The notes under the pieces were generated by a model. The model saw nothing but the letters and a program-made list of their open reading frames with translations. It was not told where the DNA came from and searched no databases. The position numbers were made by a program, and so were the translations under genes. This document shows, piece after piece, positions 19,749 through 30,331 of a DNA stretch of 64,000 nt; the first letter of the stretch is position 1, and every line of letters starts with the position of its first letter. This DNA is from Paramoeba atlantica (lineage: Eukaryota; Protista; Discosea): positions 62,001-126,000 of the forward strand of contig CDRNVI010000083.1 in assembly GCA_977017575.1 (NCBI GenBank), in the 5' to 3' direction.

Positions 19749-21677
19749 CTAGGCATGAATAAGAAAAACGGAAGACTCTTTCTGATCAAGAAAGGCCCTG
19801 GCACGTTTCTCACCCAGTAAACGCGTCAAACTGTGTGCGTCATATTTTGAAAACAACGTCATCACACACACGGACGGGTTCCGTCGGTCGAGTTTGTTCA
19901 CGATCTCCGGGTAAAAGTGCGAAAACAGCGGGGGGCCGTACCACACCACCACCGACACGCCTCGCACAAAGTATCGGCGGTAGAAATAGAACCGTTCTGT
20001 GGTAAGGAGGATGGAGACGGTGCCGGCGCCAAAGTCACGCAGCGCGGAGCGCCGGTCCCGCTCGGGGGTGTACTCACACAACTCCGCGTAACTCTCCTGG
20101 GCATTTTCCTCTAGAAAACACCGCAGCGAGACGTAGTGGAAGTAATCCGCAGCCACCAGCAGCACGGGGGTGGCACTGTTCACGAAGTGAGACAGTTTTG
20201 TGGGGTAGAACTTTTCACGAAAGTACCGCGCACGGTCGGCGTGAGCACTTTGTGGTGTCCTCTCCTCCATACGGATGAAATACTGTCGAAGCTCCGAGGG
20301 GGCACGCACGTCCTGGAGCGCAGGGGGAAGTTCCTGCTCTTGATGGATTTGATGAGATGGAAGGACAGAGTCCCGATAGAGCTCTCGCCATAATGCGTTA
20401 AAGTAGGGATGGGAGAACTGTGCAAGGCAAATGTTTTGACGGAGGTGACGTGCAGTGCCGTCCCGGAAACATGGCTTGAGTCGGGAGAAATCCCCAAGCG
20501 CCTCTGTGGAACGCATCGCAACGGGACGGTTAATGGCTCGGGTGACGTCCAGCACTCTCTGCCAGTTTTGCATCATCAAAACTTCCAGACAGGGCACAAA
20601 CAAAAGTTCAATGGAGGAGAGGACATAGGACTTGTCCCCGGGGAGAGTCTCGTCGTTGTCATCGTCCCTCTCCTCCTCTGAAGACTCACCGGAACTGGCG
20701 TCCGAGAGCGAAGACGAGGCTGAATCCTCACTGGAATCTGTGCCTCTCTTTTCGTACCCCTCCTCCCCGGAGATACCCAAATAGTGTGCAATCCCCAGAG
20801 GGGAAGCCACGAGTAGATTACAATGCACATACTTACTGTACAGCGTAGCCTTGTGAGGGCCCAGCGTGACACCGAGACAGAACTTGTCATCAATGTTTCC
20901 ATGAAAGGTGTCGCGGTGATCCGTCGGGCCACGAGAGGGATCGGATTCGATGGAGGTACCGAATTCCGCCTCGAACTTGTCACGGTGAACGATCGTGTCG
21001 TACTCGTGCAGGAGATCACAGAGAAAGTGATGGGCAGTGCTTCGCATTGGGAGCAGTACCAACACGGTACAATTTGTATAGCCGGAGTCCTCAACTACCG
21101 CTTCGTCGTCACTGCGCCGTAGCGCGTTGCCATGTTCCTTTGTTTTTCGGTCGGATGTTATATGGGAGAGAATTTTGTCTCGAATGATTTCGGTGACGGA
21201 AGTGCGTATGCCGCGCGTTGGGGAAATAAAAAGGTTGCAGAGGTGAGAGATCTGGTTGGTATGCCTCGGTGATATTGGCTGTGACAGTGGACTGTGCAAT
21301 AAAGTAGAAAGATTTGTGGCAATCTTCACGTCAAGATCATCTGTGTTTAGCATACATTGCGAGACGCTTAATTCACCGGCGATTGGGTTAACCTGCGAGT
21401 CACTATTTACAATGTCTCTAGCATTTTCCGTGCTAGAATCTTCAACGTTCGCTAAAGCAGACGGTAGAAGTGACGCTCGAAGTGTATCATAACATGTTGT
21501 TGGAGCTTGATACAATTTTGTGATGGCTGCTTGTGATGCGCTTTCACCCAGTGAACTGTCAAGTACCTCGGCAGAACGCCGCCGAAGAATGCGTTCCATT
21601 TTGAGAGACTTTGCTGACAACCTCTGAGCTCTACGGTTGCGCTGTTCCACCGTACGCTTCGAGCTTTTAATTTTCAT
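19749..21677 (-). CDS. UTP25: U3 snoRNA-associated protein 25 (DEF/Utp25)
   Basis: DDKFCLGV, LLVASPLGI, LSSIELL..MQNW, LLTTERFYFYRRYFVRGV..VVWYGPP..SHFYPE. Confidence 0.88.
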   Translation of the reverse strand: MKIKSSKRTVEQRNRRAQRLSAKSLKMERILRRRSAEVLDSSLGESASQAAITKLYQAPTTCYDTLRASLLPSALANVEDSSTENARDIVNSDSQVNPIAGELSVSQCMLNTDDLDVKIATNLSTLLHSPLSQPISPRHTNQISHLCNLFISPTRGIRTSVTEIIRDKILSHITSDRKTKEHGNALRRSDDEAVVEDSGYTNCTVLVLLPMRSTAHHFLCDLLHEYDTIVHRDKFEAEFGTSIESDPSRGPTDHRDTFHGNIDDKFCLGVTLGPHKATLYSKYVHCNLLVASPLGIAHYLGISGEEGYEKRGTDSSEDSASSSLSDASSGESSEEERDDDNDETLPGDKSYVLSSIELLFVPCLEVLMMQNWQRVLDVTRAINRPVAMRSTEALGDFSRLKPCFRDGTARHLRQNICLAQFSHPYFNALWRELYRDSVLPSHQIHQEQELPPALQDVRAPSELRQYFIRMEERTPQSAHADRARYFREKFYPTKLSHFVNSATPVLLVAADYFHYVSLRCFLEENAQESYAELCEYTPERDRRSALRDFGAGTVSILLTTERFYFYRRYFVRGVSVVVWYGPPLFSHFYPEIVNKLDRRNPSVCVMTLFSKYDAHSLTRLLGEKRARAFLDQKESSVFLIHA

Positions 21678-22319
21678 TTGTAAAATGAGATAGAGTAGTA
21701 TGTATGAACTTCTATTTTCGTCATGTTTTATTCTTTAAATTCATAAAGTTTGATTCATAAATAGGGGACCGAATTACTCTTTCCCGCGAAAAAACGTGCC
21801 GTTCATCTAAAAAAACTTGATGTTGATCAATTATTTTCCCAGTTCTTTTCTTTCGGCACTTATTTAAACGATGATGTAGTTTTTAATGCGAAGCGTACAA
21901 CAACTCAACCATGCTTAAGGAAATGCCGAGTTGAAGAAAAGTTTGAAGTTTGTCCTGAAATCTGAATTTTTGCGTGGGATCTTCATGACATGAAGATCCC
22001 ACGCAAACATGAAGATCCCTCATGTCATGAGGGAGAGGAGGCAAGGCAAAAAAGGTGAGGCATTTTCCATGTGCACCCCTCTATGTTTTGCAGTACTTCA
22101 CCAGCCGCAAAATTCACCGGCGCGCTGAACAGATGAACTCTGCAGCATCTCAGAAAAGCGCTGTTCTTTTGAAGTTGTACAATATTGTCAAATTTTAGAC
22201 CTCCGCATGTCAATTTACATTCCTGTGCACAGATACAGGGATGTAAATTTTCTAAAAGGTTAGTCTAACTTAGAACAGAGAAGTCTTCCGTCTACAGAAC
22301 ACCATACATCAAAAGTACG

Positions 22320-23003
22320 TTAGTATCCGTTTCTTCTTAATATCCCGATAGGAATCGATCTCCACTTTCCAGAGGGTGCTCGTACCGTAGGTTGGACCAC
22401 TCGCTTATTAAAGATTGATGCAGAAGAACTATAAATGTAATACGGTTTGTTTGACTGAAAACAATCTGGACATTCTACTCCTTGATAGCATTTTCTGGAA
22501 CTTTCCGTTACCAACACTTCTTTGGAAGAATATCTCTTCTTACAATTCTTACAAACAAATCTACCCATGGAACGAGTTAGAGAAGGAATCCGGCGAGGTT
22601 TACGTGAGGGATTGGGTAAGCGAAGATAAGGTTGCAGCGCAAAGTCCTCAAAGTTGTTTGTTTTCTTTTTCCCACAAGACTGCTGACCGCTAGTGCCTAA
22701 TTTTTCTTGAAAATATTTTGTAGCGCAAGGCTTTTGAAACGAAGTTTCCTGCTTTTCAAAATGGTTTGTCTCCTTGTCCGAGGCAGAATTCTTTAGTGCC
22801 TCAAAATCTTTAGGCTCTTTGCCTAAACTTTCTTTGCTGTCCTCTTCGGCTGAAACGTACTCCCCGGCTACCCCGGTGCAACAAGTCTTCAGCCACTTAA
22901 TTGGTAGTGGACGGATATGCAGTAATGTCCTCGTATTCAAAAGACATCGGAAACGTCCCTTGTTACCAAGAAATCGTGTTCTGAATGCATTCGTTTTATT
23001 CAT
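22320..23003 (-). CDS. 3CxxC-type (ZAR1/RTP-like) zinc-finger protein
   Basis: C-terminal GRFVCKNCKKRYSS...CYQGVECPDC...KPY pattern. Confidence 0.6.
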   Translation of the reverse strand: MNKTNAFRTRFLGNKGRFRCLLNTRTLLHIRPLPIKWLKTCCTGVAGEYVSAEEDSKESLGKEPKDFEALKNSASDKETNHFEKQETSFQKPCATKYFQEKLGTSGQQSCGKKKTNNFEDFALQPYLRLPNPSRKPRRIPSLTRSMGRFVCKNCKKRYSSKEVLVTESSRKCYQGVECPDCFQSNKPYYIYSSSASIFNKRVVQPTVRAPSGKWRSIPIGILRRNGY

Positions 23004-23327
23004 CTAAAAATAATGGACTTCATGATTTTTCGAAATATAGGCTGAAGTAGACCCGCGAAAGCAAAAAATAAAAGAAAGAACCAACCTTTGCAAAAACAAT
23101 TTTAAATCCCTTAGTCAACAGTGGGTTTGGTGTACGTTCGATGTAAACGCACCCTCAGACCCCCATGTGAAAAAAAGAAATTTTCACGAGTGAGGGGGGC
23201 AGGTACAACAGCCACAAGTATACCCTAGTGTATTACCCTAGTGTACTATAAAAATTCCCAAAAAACGAAAATAACGCATTTTTGTAAAGGAACACCCAAT
23301 ACAGTGCATAAGAGCAACATAACTGTG

Positions 23328-24997
23328 AATTGCGGTGGTTGTAAAACTACCGCTCTACCCTCGATTATTGAAAAAAAAGTGAACAAAAACAGTGAAAATA
23401 TAAAGAGGAACACAGTAATATAATAGAAGAAAAAAATATAAAAGGGGGCTCCGGTGGTCCAAAACTGAAAAAAAAAATTGAAAAAAATGGGGGGTCCATG
23501 GGGGGGGGTCCAGGGGGGGGGGTCCAGGGGGGGGGTCCAGGGGGGGGGTCATGGTCGAGCAAATTTTTTCTAAAAAATTAGTTTTCGAAGGAAAACCGCA
23601 GAAAGGGTAGCCGGGGTCTTGGCGCGCATTTTCCACCCCCCTACCCGGGGGTGACCCCCCTGCGTATCCGCAGGACGAGTCCGCCGAGTTCGATTTTTTT
23701 CGAAAAAAAAGTTTTCAAAAAAATTTCAACTTGGCGAAAAAAATGGCAAAAAAAAGTATTTTTCCAAAATCGTTTCCCCTATTCTATTTTGATAGTTTGG
23801 GACCTATACTAGCTTTCTCGGCCGTTGTTTTCGCAAGTTATCCTTTCTTCGAACCGTGGTGCTCCCCTCAAAATGACCCATTTTTGACTAAAAAAGGTGA
23901 AAAAGTAGTTTTCGGACCCGAAGGGGCCTTTTTGTGTCGAAAGAACGGCGTGGTTGGAGTCGCATTCTCTACCCAATACGTTCGGTAGGCTTTCATTCAT
24001 ACCTACGAGTGATTTCCCACGCGCAAATGTCGGATTTAGTGTTTTGAGAGCAAAAATACCCAAAAATGACCAAATTTTTACCCGAAAATCGGCTATTTTC
24101 GGCTATAATCTTTCCGTTTTATTCAGCTTTCCAGGCCAATTTTTCTTTTTAGGCTCTTCGTTAAACGCGGTGGTAGTTTTCAACGCGAAGCGCGCAGCAT
24201 GAGTGACTTCCAAGTTAAAAACAACCACCGCGTTTAATGAAGAGCCTAAAAAGAAAAATATTAAACCGGAGTGCATATTTTTATCTTTTTTTGGCTCTTC
24301 GTTAAACGCGGTGGCTATTTTCAACTTAGAAGTCACTCATGCTGAGCGCTTCGCGTTGAAAACTACCTCCGCGTTTAACGAAGAGCCTAAAAAAGAAAAA
24401 TCTCCAAAAAATCATGAGTAAAATCCTTTTTGGGGTGAAAAAGCTGGATTTTTCGGCAAAAATTCCGAAATTTTACACCGAATTTGGGCCGTTTTGGATG
24501 ACTTACCAGTAGGGGCAGGAGGTGAATCTGACGACAAAAACGTCGTAGAATGGTAGGTGAAGTGCCAAACTCTTCAAATACGTTTTAGGAGTCGATTTTG
24601 GAAGAATAATATTTTTACTTTTTTTTGGGTCAAAAAAAAAATAATTCCCCCAAAAATTCGGAAATTTTGACTTTGTCGGACCCCTCCCGCGCGTACCAGG
24701 GGGGGTACCCCCAGGTGGGGGGGTGGAAAATTATCGCCGCGGCCTACTCTACCACTTATCTGCGCTCGATTTCGAAAAGCAAAAAAAATTCGAAAAAAAT
24801 TTCGCGACGTATGCCCCCTGCCTCCCCATGGACCCCCCATTTTTTTCAATTTTTTTTTCAATTTTGGACCACCGGGGCCCCTTTTATATATTTTTCTTCT
24901 ATTATATTACTGTGGTCCTCTTTATATTTTCACTGTTTTTGTTCACTTTTTTTTCAATAATCTAGGGTAGAGCGGTAGTTATACAACCACCGCAATT
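23328..24997. mobile_element. Complete copy of modular non-autonomous element: ~190-bp TIR, left arm, hairpin A, inverted hairpin A, right arm, TIR
   Basis: AATTGCGGTGGTTG...CAACCACCGCAATT ends; hairpins at ~24146-24252 and ~24290-24395 with loops in opposite orientation; G-run array ~23490-23550. Confidence 0.85.
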
Positions 24998-25114
24998 AAA
25001 TTGTGATGGACTTATCAAACTTTGATAGCGCTATCAAGCTGTGATATGGTTTATTCTTCAAATAAAAGAGGGCTTTTTTGGTAGTTTTTCACCGGGCTTA
25101 ATCCCACGGACCTC

Positions 25115-25834
25115 CTAGTCAGGCAACCGTATTTTAGTTCGCCCGGTAAACAAGGTAAGACAGTCATGCAATGGACCATCATATGTTGAGCTGTCTACCA
25201 CGCCACTGAGATTGCTGTTTCCCTCTAATAATAAAGAAAGCACCGTACTAGGGATGCTTTTAAAATTGACTTCGCCCCCAAAAAAATTACGCCTAAGATC
25301 AATATTGGTCAACTTGCTTTTGATATCCCCGAAGTGAAGAGCTCCAGAAAGTTTATTGAAACTGACATCGAGAGAGTGTAAAGTAGCAGGCAATAGTGCA
25401 AAGTTTAATTCCCCGGTCAACATATTACAGGCGACTGAAAAATAGAGTAAAAGTCCTGGGAGATTCTCTATTGATCCGGTAAATAGATTGCCCTGAAGCC
25501 TCAATATTTCAAGATTCGAAGGAAGCAAGCCAAACTCTGCTAAACCGCGAAATTCATTGCAACTAAGGTCCACCATAACGACGAACTTTGGAAGGTGTTC
25601 CAAAAAAACAGTCCCTTGCAGGCTGCCATCATTGAAATCAAGTTCTGTTACTTCTCCTTCTTTATCGCATCTCACACCATACCATTCACATGCAGGAGTG
25701 TTAGTGCTCCAAGTGGGGTGCAAAGGCTTTATTCCTTGCGCAAAACGATGCAGTTTGTATTCCTGAGGTAATTCACTGCCTCGTATCTTACCTGGGCGAG
25801 TGCTCGGAACATCAGCCGCGCAAATATACAACAT
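25115..25834 (-). CDS. LRR family protein
   Basis: RPGKIRGSELPQEYKL leader, CEWYGVRCD cap. Confidence 0.88.
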   Translation of the reverse strand: MLYICAADVPSTRPGKIRGSELPQEYKLHRFAQGIKPLHPTWSTNTPACEWYGVRCDKEGEVTELDFNDGSLQGTVFLEHLPKFVVMVDLSCNEFRGLAEFGLLPSNLEILRLQGNLFTGSIENLPGLLLYFSVACNMLTGELNFALLPATLHSLDVSFNKLSGALHFGDIKSKLTNIDLRRNFFGGEVNFKSIPSTVLSLLLEGNSNLSGVVDSSTYDGPLHDCLTLFTGRTKIRLPD

Positions 25835-26344
25835 ATAAAATGTGCCACAAAGCGTATAGAAAAAAAGTCATGAACTAACTGACCAAAAAACTCGCACACA
25901 CGCGTTTCAAGATTTATTTTTACTGGAGAACTAAATCTAAGGGACAATCAAATTTGTGAAAAAGCTCACTTAATTTGGTAGGCGCAAGTAAGTTAGCCAC
26001 GGCTAAATTATTTACCATTTTTCTATCGGACATGGAGTGTGCGTACAATGTATTTAATGTACTTAAACTTAATTGTACTGATGTATCTACTTCATGTTCA
26101 TATAAAGTTTACATGTACATGATGCACATTTCGTTTGTCTTTAAAAGTATACATATTGATGATCATGTATGGAAGCAATATTCTTCAAGATTATTTTTCT
26201 TGAGCTTCGCATCCGAGCACTAAGCGTTCTTGTTGCCTTGCATAATCATAATTCATCTATGAAAGCTACTTTGTTCCTCAAATACATTTGAAAAATTTCC
26301 GACCCGCTTCGTACCGATTTTCATAGTAAAAAAGTGACACTTTA

Positions 26345-27295
26345 CTACGCAGACCCTTTTAATGCAGTATTCATCATCAGCATATCGGAATCTAGTACCA
26401 CCTTTGTGCTGTTGGTCATTGCCCCAATCATCTTTGCAATCGCTCGAGAGGCCTCCAGACGACGCATCTCGAGAAACCCTGGCTGCGAACGAATCGCCTC
26501 CCCTATCAGCGTTGCACTCTCTGCCTCCCCCTCGGCCAACACGATCATCCCTTTCTTCTCCTGCAACGCTTGATCCACCTGAAACCGCGCCCTCTCCGCC
26601 ATCTGCTGCGCAATCTGCTTCGCCTCAATCGCCGCGGTGTACTCCTTCCCAAACGTCATGTTGGTAATCGCCACATCGGAGATATCAATATAAAACGACC
26701 CGGAACGCTGGGTGAGGGCCGCCGCAATCTGCTTACTCACCTCCGGGCGCCGTGTCAGCAACTCGGAGGCGTTGAACTGGGCCACGACGGATTTAATCAC
26801 CTCGTTGATCACCGAGGGCAGCGCGGTCTCGGCGTACCGCATCCCGAGGGAGCGGTACAGCGAGGGGAGGGTGTCGAGCCCGGGGCGGTACAGCACCCGC
26901 ACGGAGACATTCACAATCTGCAGGTCGCGGCTGCCGGTGGAGGTGACCACCTCGGTGGGCTTCGCGCGCACGTCAAAGTAGATCGGGGTCTCGAGGTAGG
27001 GCACCGCGAAGTGGGCGCCCTCCCCGTAGGTGTGGTTGAACAGCCCGAGTAGCGCGTTGAACTTAATCGCACGGTGACCCCCGGGGACGAAGAACATGGA
27101 GTGGTAGGCGGTGTATCCGAGGGTGCCGGCGACGAGAGCGGTGAGGGCGGGGGCTGCGACCATACGGGGGACCCCGGAGGAGGGGTTGGATCCGGGGAAG
27201 GGGCTGGAGGGAGGGGTGCGGGGGACGATGTCACGCATTTTTTCCCATGCTCGATGGAGGAGGCGGGAGAAATCGGGTGCGGGGGGTCGTGACAT
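26345..27295 (-). CDS. PHB2: Prohibitin-2 (SPFH domain)
   Basis: VPGGHRAIKFN, TGSRDLQIVNVSVRVLYRP, LPSVINEVIKSVVAQFNASELLTRR, AIEAKQIAQQMAERA. Confidence 0.9.
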   Translation of the reverse strand: MSRPPAPDFSRLLHRAWEKMRDIVPRTPPSSPFPGSNPSSGVPRMVAAPALTALVAGTLGYTAYHSMFFVPGGHRAIKFNALLGLFNHTYGEGAHFAVPYLETPIYFDVRAKPTEVVTSTGSRDLQIVNVSVRVLYRPGLDTLPSLYRSLGMRYAETALPSVINEVIKSVVAQFNASELLTRRPEVSKQIAAALTQRSGSFYIDISDVAITNMTFGKEYTAAIEAKQIAQQMAERARFQVDQALQEKKGMIVLAEGEAESATLIGEAIRSQPGFLEMRRLEASRAIAKMIGAMTNSTKVVLDSDMLMMNTALKGSA

Positions 27296-27360
27296 GGGGA
27301 GCTGGGGGTGGGAGGAGAAGGGAGAGAGAGAGGATTAAAAGGAGGAGTAGAGAGAAATAT

Positions 27361-27429
27361 TGGTACAAGTCGTGCTAGATTGTATTCCTGAGTATGAAGA
27401 GAACCTTTTACTTTAGCCGGACGAGGCAA
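27361..27429 (-). pseudogene. Isolated stub of an LRR-family leader upstream of PHB2
   Basis: Translates RPAKVKGSLHTQEYNLARLV, the family leader motif, then runs into the PHB2 pyrimidine tract. Confidence 0.6.
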
Positions 27430-27862
27430 ATCTTGGCCTTTACTAAACCGTCTTCCGGGTTATTGTGCCCCCCGGCATAATAGCTAGCTATAGGCACAAT
27501 AACTAACTATCATAAATAAGTGAAAAAGCGTGAATCCTAAGTTAATGTCGGTGTGCTAGCTGCTTCGTGAAAAAGCGGTGGTTGTTGTTAAACGGATATT
27601 CGCAAATTGCTTCCCACTAACGACGTCGCGTATGGCTCAGGCCCGCTCACGCGGGCCCTCGCCATGCCACACCTTCTGCTTCGCAAATTGCTTCCCACTA
27701 ACGACGTTCGTGCTTCGTGTAGTTTGTGCAAAAACAACGAGTAGCGGGTTCGAAACCCCTTCCAACGCGCATGCTAATGGGTGGGATAGGCAAATGGACG
27801 AATCCGTTCGGATATCGTGGCCCCAAGCTTCTTAGCTAATCCCAGTGTAGTCGGACGAAAAG

Positions 27863-27933
27863 TACGTTAGTGGGAATCGAACCCAACCCTCTCAGATGTA
27901 GTCACTGGACCTGACGACTTGGCTAATCACACC
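27863..27933 (-). pseudogene. Degenerate tRNA-Leu-like sequence (A and B boxes intact, cloverleaf broken)
   Basis: GGTGTGATTAGCCAAGTCGTCAGGTCCAGTGACTACATCTGAGAGGGTTGGGTTCGATTCCCACTAACGTA; Leu-type D and T arms, variable arm missing, anticodon stem 3/5 paired. Confidence 0.55.
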
Positions 27934-28075
27934 CTCTGGCGAAAAAGAAAATCAACAGTATCCCCCCCTTTTTCGGGATTTTATCACCCATCTCGATTCA
28001 CCCCCACCCGGCCACCATAAAGACGAAGAGGCAGAGGTTGTACACAACCCCCGCAATTAACGGAATATTTCCTTT

Positions 28076-28440
28076 TTTAGGTTCTTCATTAAACGCGGTC
28101 GTTGTTTTCAACTTAGAAGTCACTCATGCTGCGCGCTTCGCGTTGAAAATTACCGCCGCGTTTAACGAAGGGCCTAAAAAAGAAAAATTGCCAAAAAATC
28201 ATGAGTAATCTATTTTTTTGGATGAAAAAACTCGATTTTTCGGCGAAAATTGCGAAATTGTAACCGAATTTGGGCCGTTTTGGACGCCTCACTAGTAGGG
28301 GCAGGAGGCGAATCAGTCGAAAAAAACGTAGCAGAATGGTAGCTGAGGTCCAAAACTCTCAAAATACGTTTTAGGAGTCAATTTTGGAAAAATAAAATTT
28401 CTACTTTTTTTGGGGTCAATTCTTTTCTTTTTGGTCACGC
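28076..28440. repeat. Hairpin A plus partial right arm of the modular element
   Basis: Colinear with 24290-24640. Confidence 0.85.
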
Positions 28441-28537
28441 CACTCGCACCTTTATCTGTCATAGAAAGTGGCCACTTATCTGTCATACTAACTCGCACCT
28501 TTATCTGTCATACTAAGATGCACCTTTTTCTGTCATA
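28441..28537. repeat. Tandem GCACCTTTATCTGTCATA array; resumes at 30094-30115 after a nested insertion
   Basis: Four copies, plus one after 30093. Confidence 0.8.
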
Positions 28538-28638
28538 TACTGGTGAAACTTTAATTAAGAATAACATTAATTAACGTAATGTCTGACGAGAAAAAAATGT
28601 TTACGTTAATTAATGCTACGTTAATTAAAGTTACGTTA

Positions 28639-29773
28639 CCGTCCGATCCATAATTACTGCGGTGAAAAATCTTTGCACATTTAATTAGTGCACATTTAAT
28701 TAGTGCAATAATTAATTTTTTTATTGTTTGTGGAGAAACTCTTCATTTTTTATTACTTTTTCCTGCTATGGCCCCGTCGCAGTCGACGCTTGCCTCAAAC
28801 AATTTTTGCGTATCACGGCATGTGGCAGATCTTGTGGAGGAACTTGAGGCTAAACGCTCATCGCGCAAAGCAAAGAGAAATACGTGGAGTGATGAAGAAG
28901 TACGTGAATTCCAAGCACTTTGTGAGAGTCGTTCCGTTTTGACTAGCATGCAGATTTGGAATCAAACGCACGGTAAGAAAATGTCTGAACGAAGTGCCTA
29001 TGCTTTGAAAGACCATGCTCCTTCCGGTAAGCGTGGCCGAAAAGATATGCTTACGGATGCAGAAAAGAATGATGTTTTAGATGGCATTAAGATGTACAAT
29101 GTGTTAAACAAACCTGTTGATGCATCCTTGGTTGCAAGCATGGCTCGAGGGATATTGGGTAGAGATCGGTCTGAACTTCTTTCTGAGAATGGAGGCCCCT
29201 ACGTCATAAGTTGCTCTTGGGCACGCAGATTCTTGCACGACAACGGATTTACTGTCCGAGCCGCTACATCCGATCGCACGGTTTCCCTTCCTGAAGTGAA
29301 GAAGGCTGGTTTATTCTTTTATGATGAGCTAAAAAAATATTCCCACATTCTCCCAGAACTCGTATTTAACATGGATGAATTTTTCTGTAAGCTGGATGAA
29401 ACAAACCGCGAATGGACATGGGTACGTGCATCAAAGGGAATTTTGAAAGGGAATTTTGAGATTCATTCATGTGCGACCTAGTTTTGCTTCCTTTTCGATC
29501 GGATTTTATGTTATTCTTGACCAAATATTCATTAACACCTAACCTTCAGAATCCTTGTGCGCAAATTACTTTTTTGACCAGATATTTGTTAACCATTAAT
29601 CTTCCGAATTATTTTGTGCGAATTATTTTCTGTCTTTTTCTAGTTTTCCAAGAGATACAGTTCCGCTTTTAATTAGTGCACACTTAATTAGTGCACATTC
29701 AATTAGTGCAGTAACTATTCTCTTAAAATCCCCTGCACTAATTGAAGTTATTCCTTAATTATGGATCGGACGG
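28639..29773 (+). mobile_element. pogo-like DNA transposon, 1135 bp, truncated transposase
   Basis: TA|CCGTCCGATCCATAATT...AATTATGGATCGGACGG|TA perfect 17-bp TIRs; AATTAGTGCA subterminal repeats at both ends. Confidence 0.88.
28768..29481 (+). CDS. pogo/Tigger-like transposase N-terminal half (CENP-B-type HTH and first catalytic Asp)
   Basis: SCSWARRFLHDNGF and LVFNMDE motifs; the frame ends before the rest of the DDE domain. Confidence 0.75.
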   Translation: MAPSQSTLASNNFCVSRHVADLVEELEAKRSSRKAKRNTWSDEEVREFQALCESRSVLTSMQIWNQTHGKKMSERSAYALKDHAPSGKRGRKDMLTDAEKNDVLDGIKMYNVLNKPVDASLVASMARGILGRDRSELLSENGGPYVISCSWARRFLHDNGFTVRAATSDRTVSLPEVKKAGLFFYDELKKYSHILPELVFNMDEFFCKLDETNREWTWVRASKGILKGNFEIHSCAT

Positions 29774-30331
29774 TAATTTATGTTGTTGTGGCGCGGTAGT
29801 AAAAAATTCAGTTCCACAAAAAAATTGAGGTTTACTATTTTTAAGCCCAAAAAATTGAACAAAGTTTGGACACTTATCCAAAATTCCACCTAAAGCGAAA
29901 TAGTCCACCGCCTATGGGTGTAGTTTCCAAGGGCAACGGGCCGTATTCTTGAGGCATCTGCTAGAAATTTAAAAAAAGAAATTATTAATTATTTTTCGCC
30001 ATTTTTTGACCAAAATTAATTATTACGTTATTTAATGCTACGTTAATTAAAAAAACGTACATTTTAATTATGTTAAAAAGTGCGTCACCGGTAAGCCGCA
30101 CCTTTATCTGTCATAAATCGATTCCAAAAAAATCGAGACCTTAATATTTTTTCGAGGCCTAAATTTTTTTTCACACGATTTTTTTAAATTTCCGGAAAAA
30201 TAAGATTTATATTCAGTCCTACTTCTGGGAGTCTAAAACTGCATTTTTTGCTCCCGGTAAGGCCCCGGAGTTGCGAGAGGCCTCCATACCCCACAACTAC
30301 CACCTCCCCCCCCTATTTAGCGGGGGGAACT

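Larger units (their letters stand above)
28540..30091. mobile_element. TA-flanked element (CTGGTGA...TCACCGG) that hosts the pogo-like insertion
   Basis: TA at 28538-39 and 30092-93; TAATGCTACGTTAATTAAA subterminal motif near both ends; interrupts the tandem array. Confidence 0.6.

Noticed and set aside
19860-21150. UTP25 (and 12381-13199) as additional skew-flip islands
   Set aside because: GC is raised but C- and G-rich patches alternate without one clear switch; not counted
22320-23003. Fanzor/TnpB nuclease suggested by CxxC pairs in a Tc1-rich region
   Set aside because: No RuvC motifs or RDxNA signature; the pattern fits a 3CxxC finger and the gene is co-oriented with cellular genes
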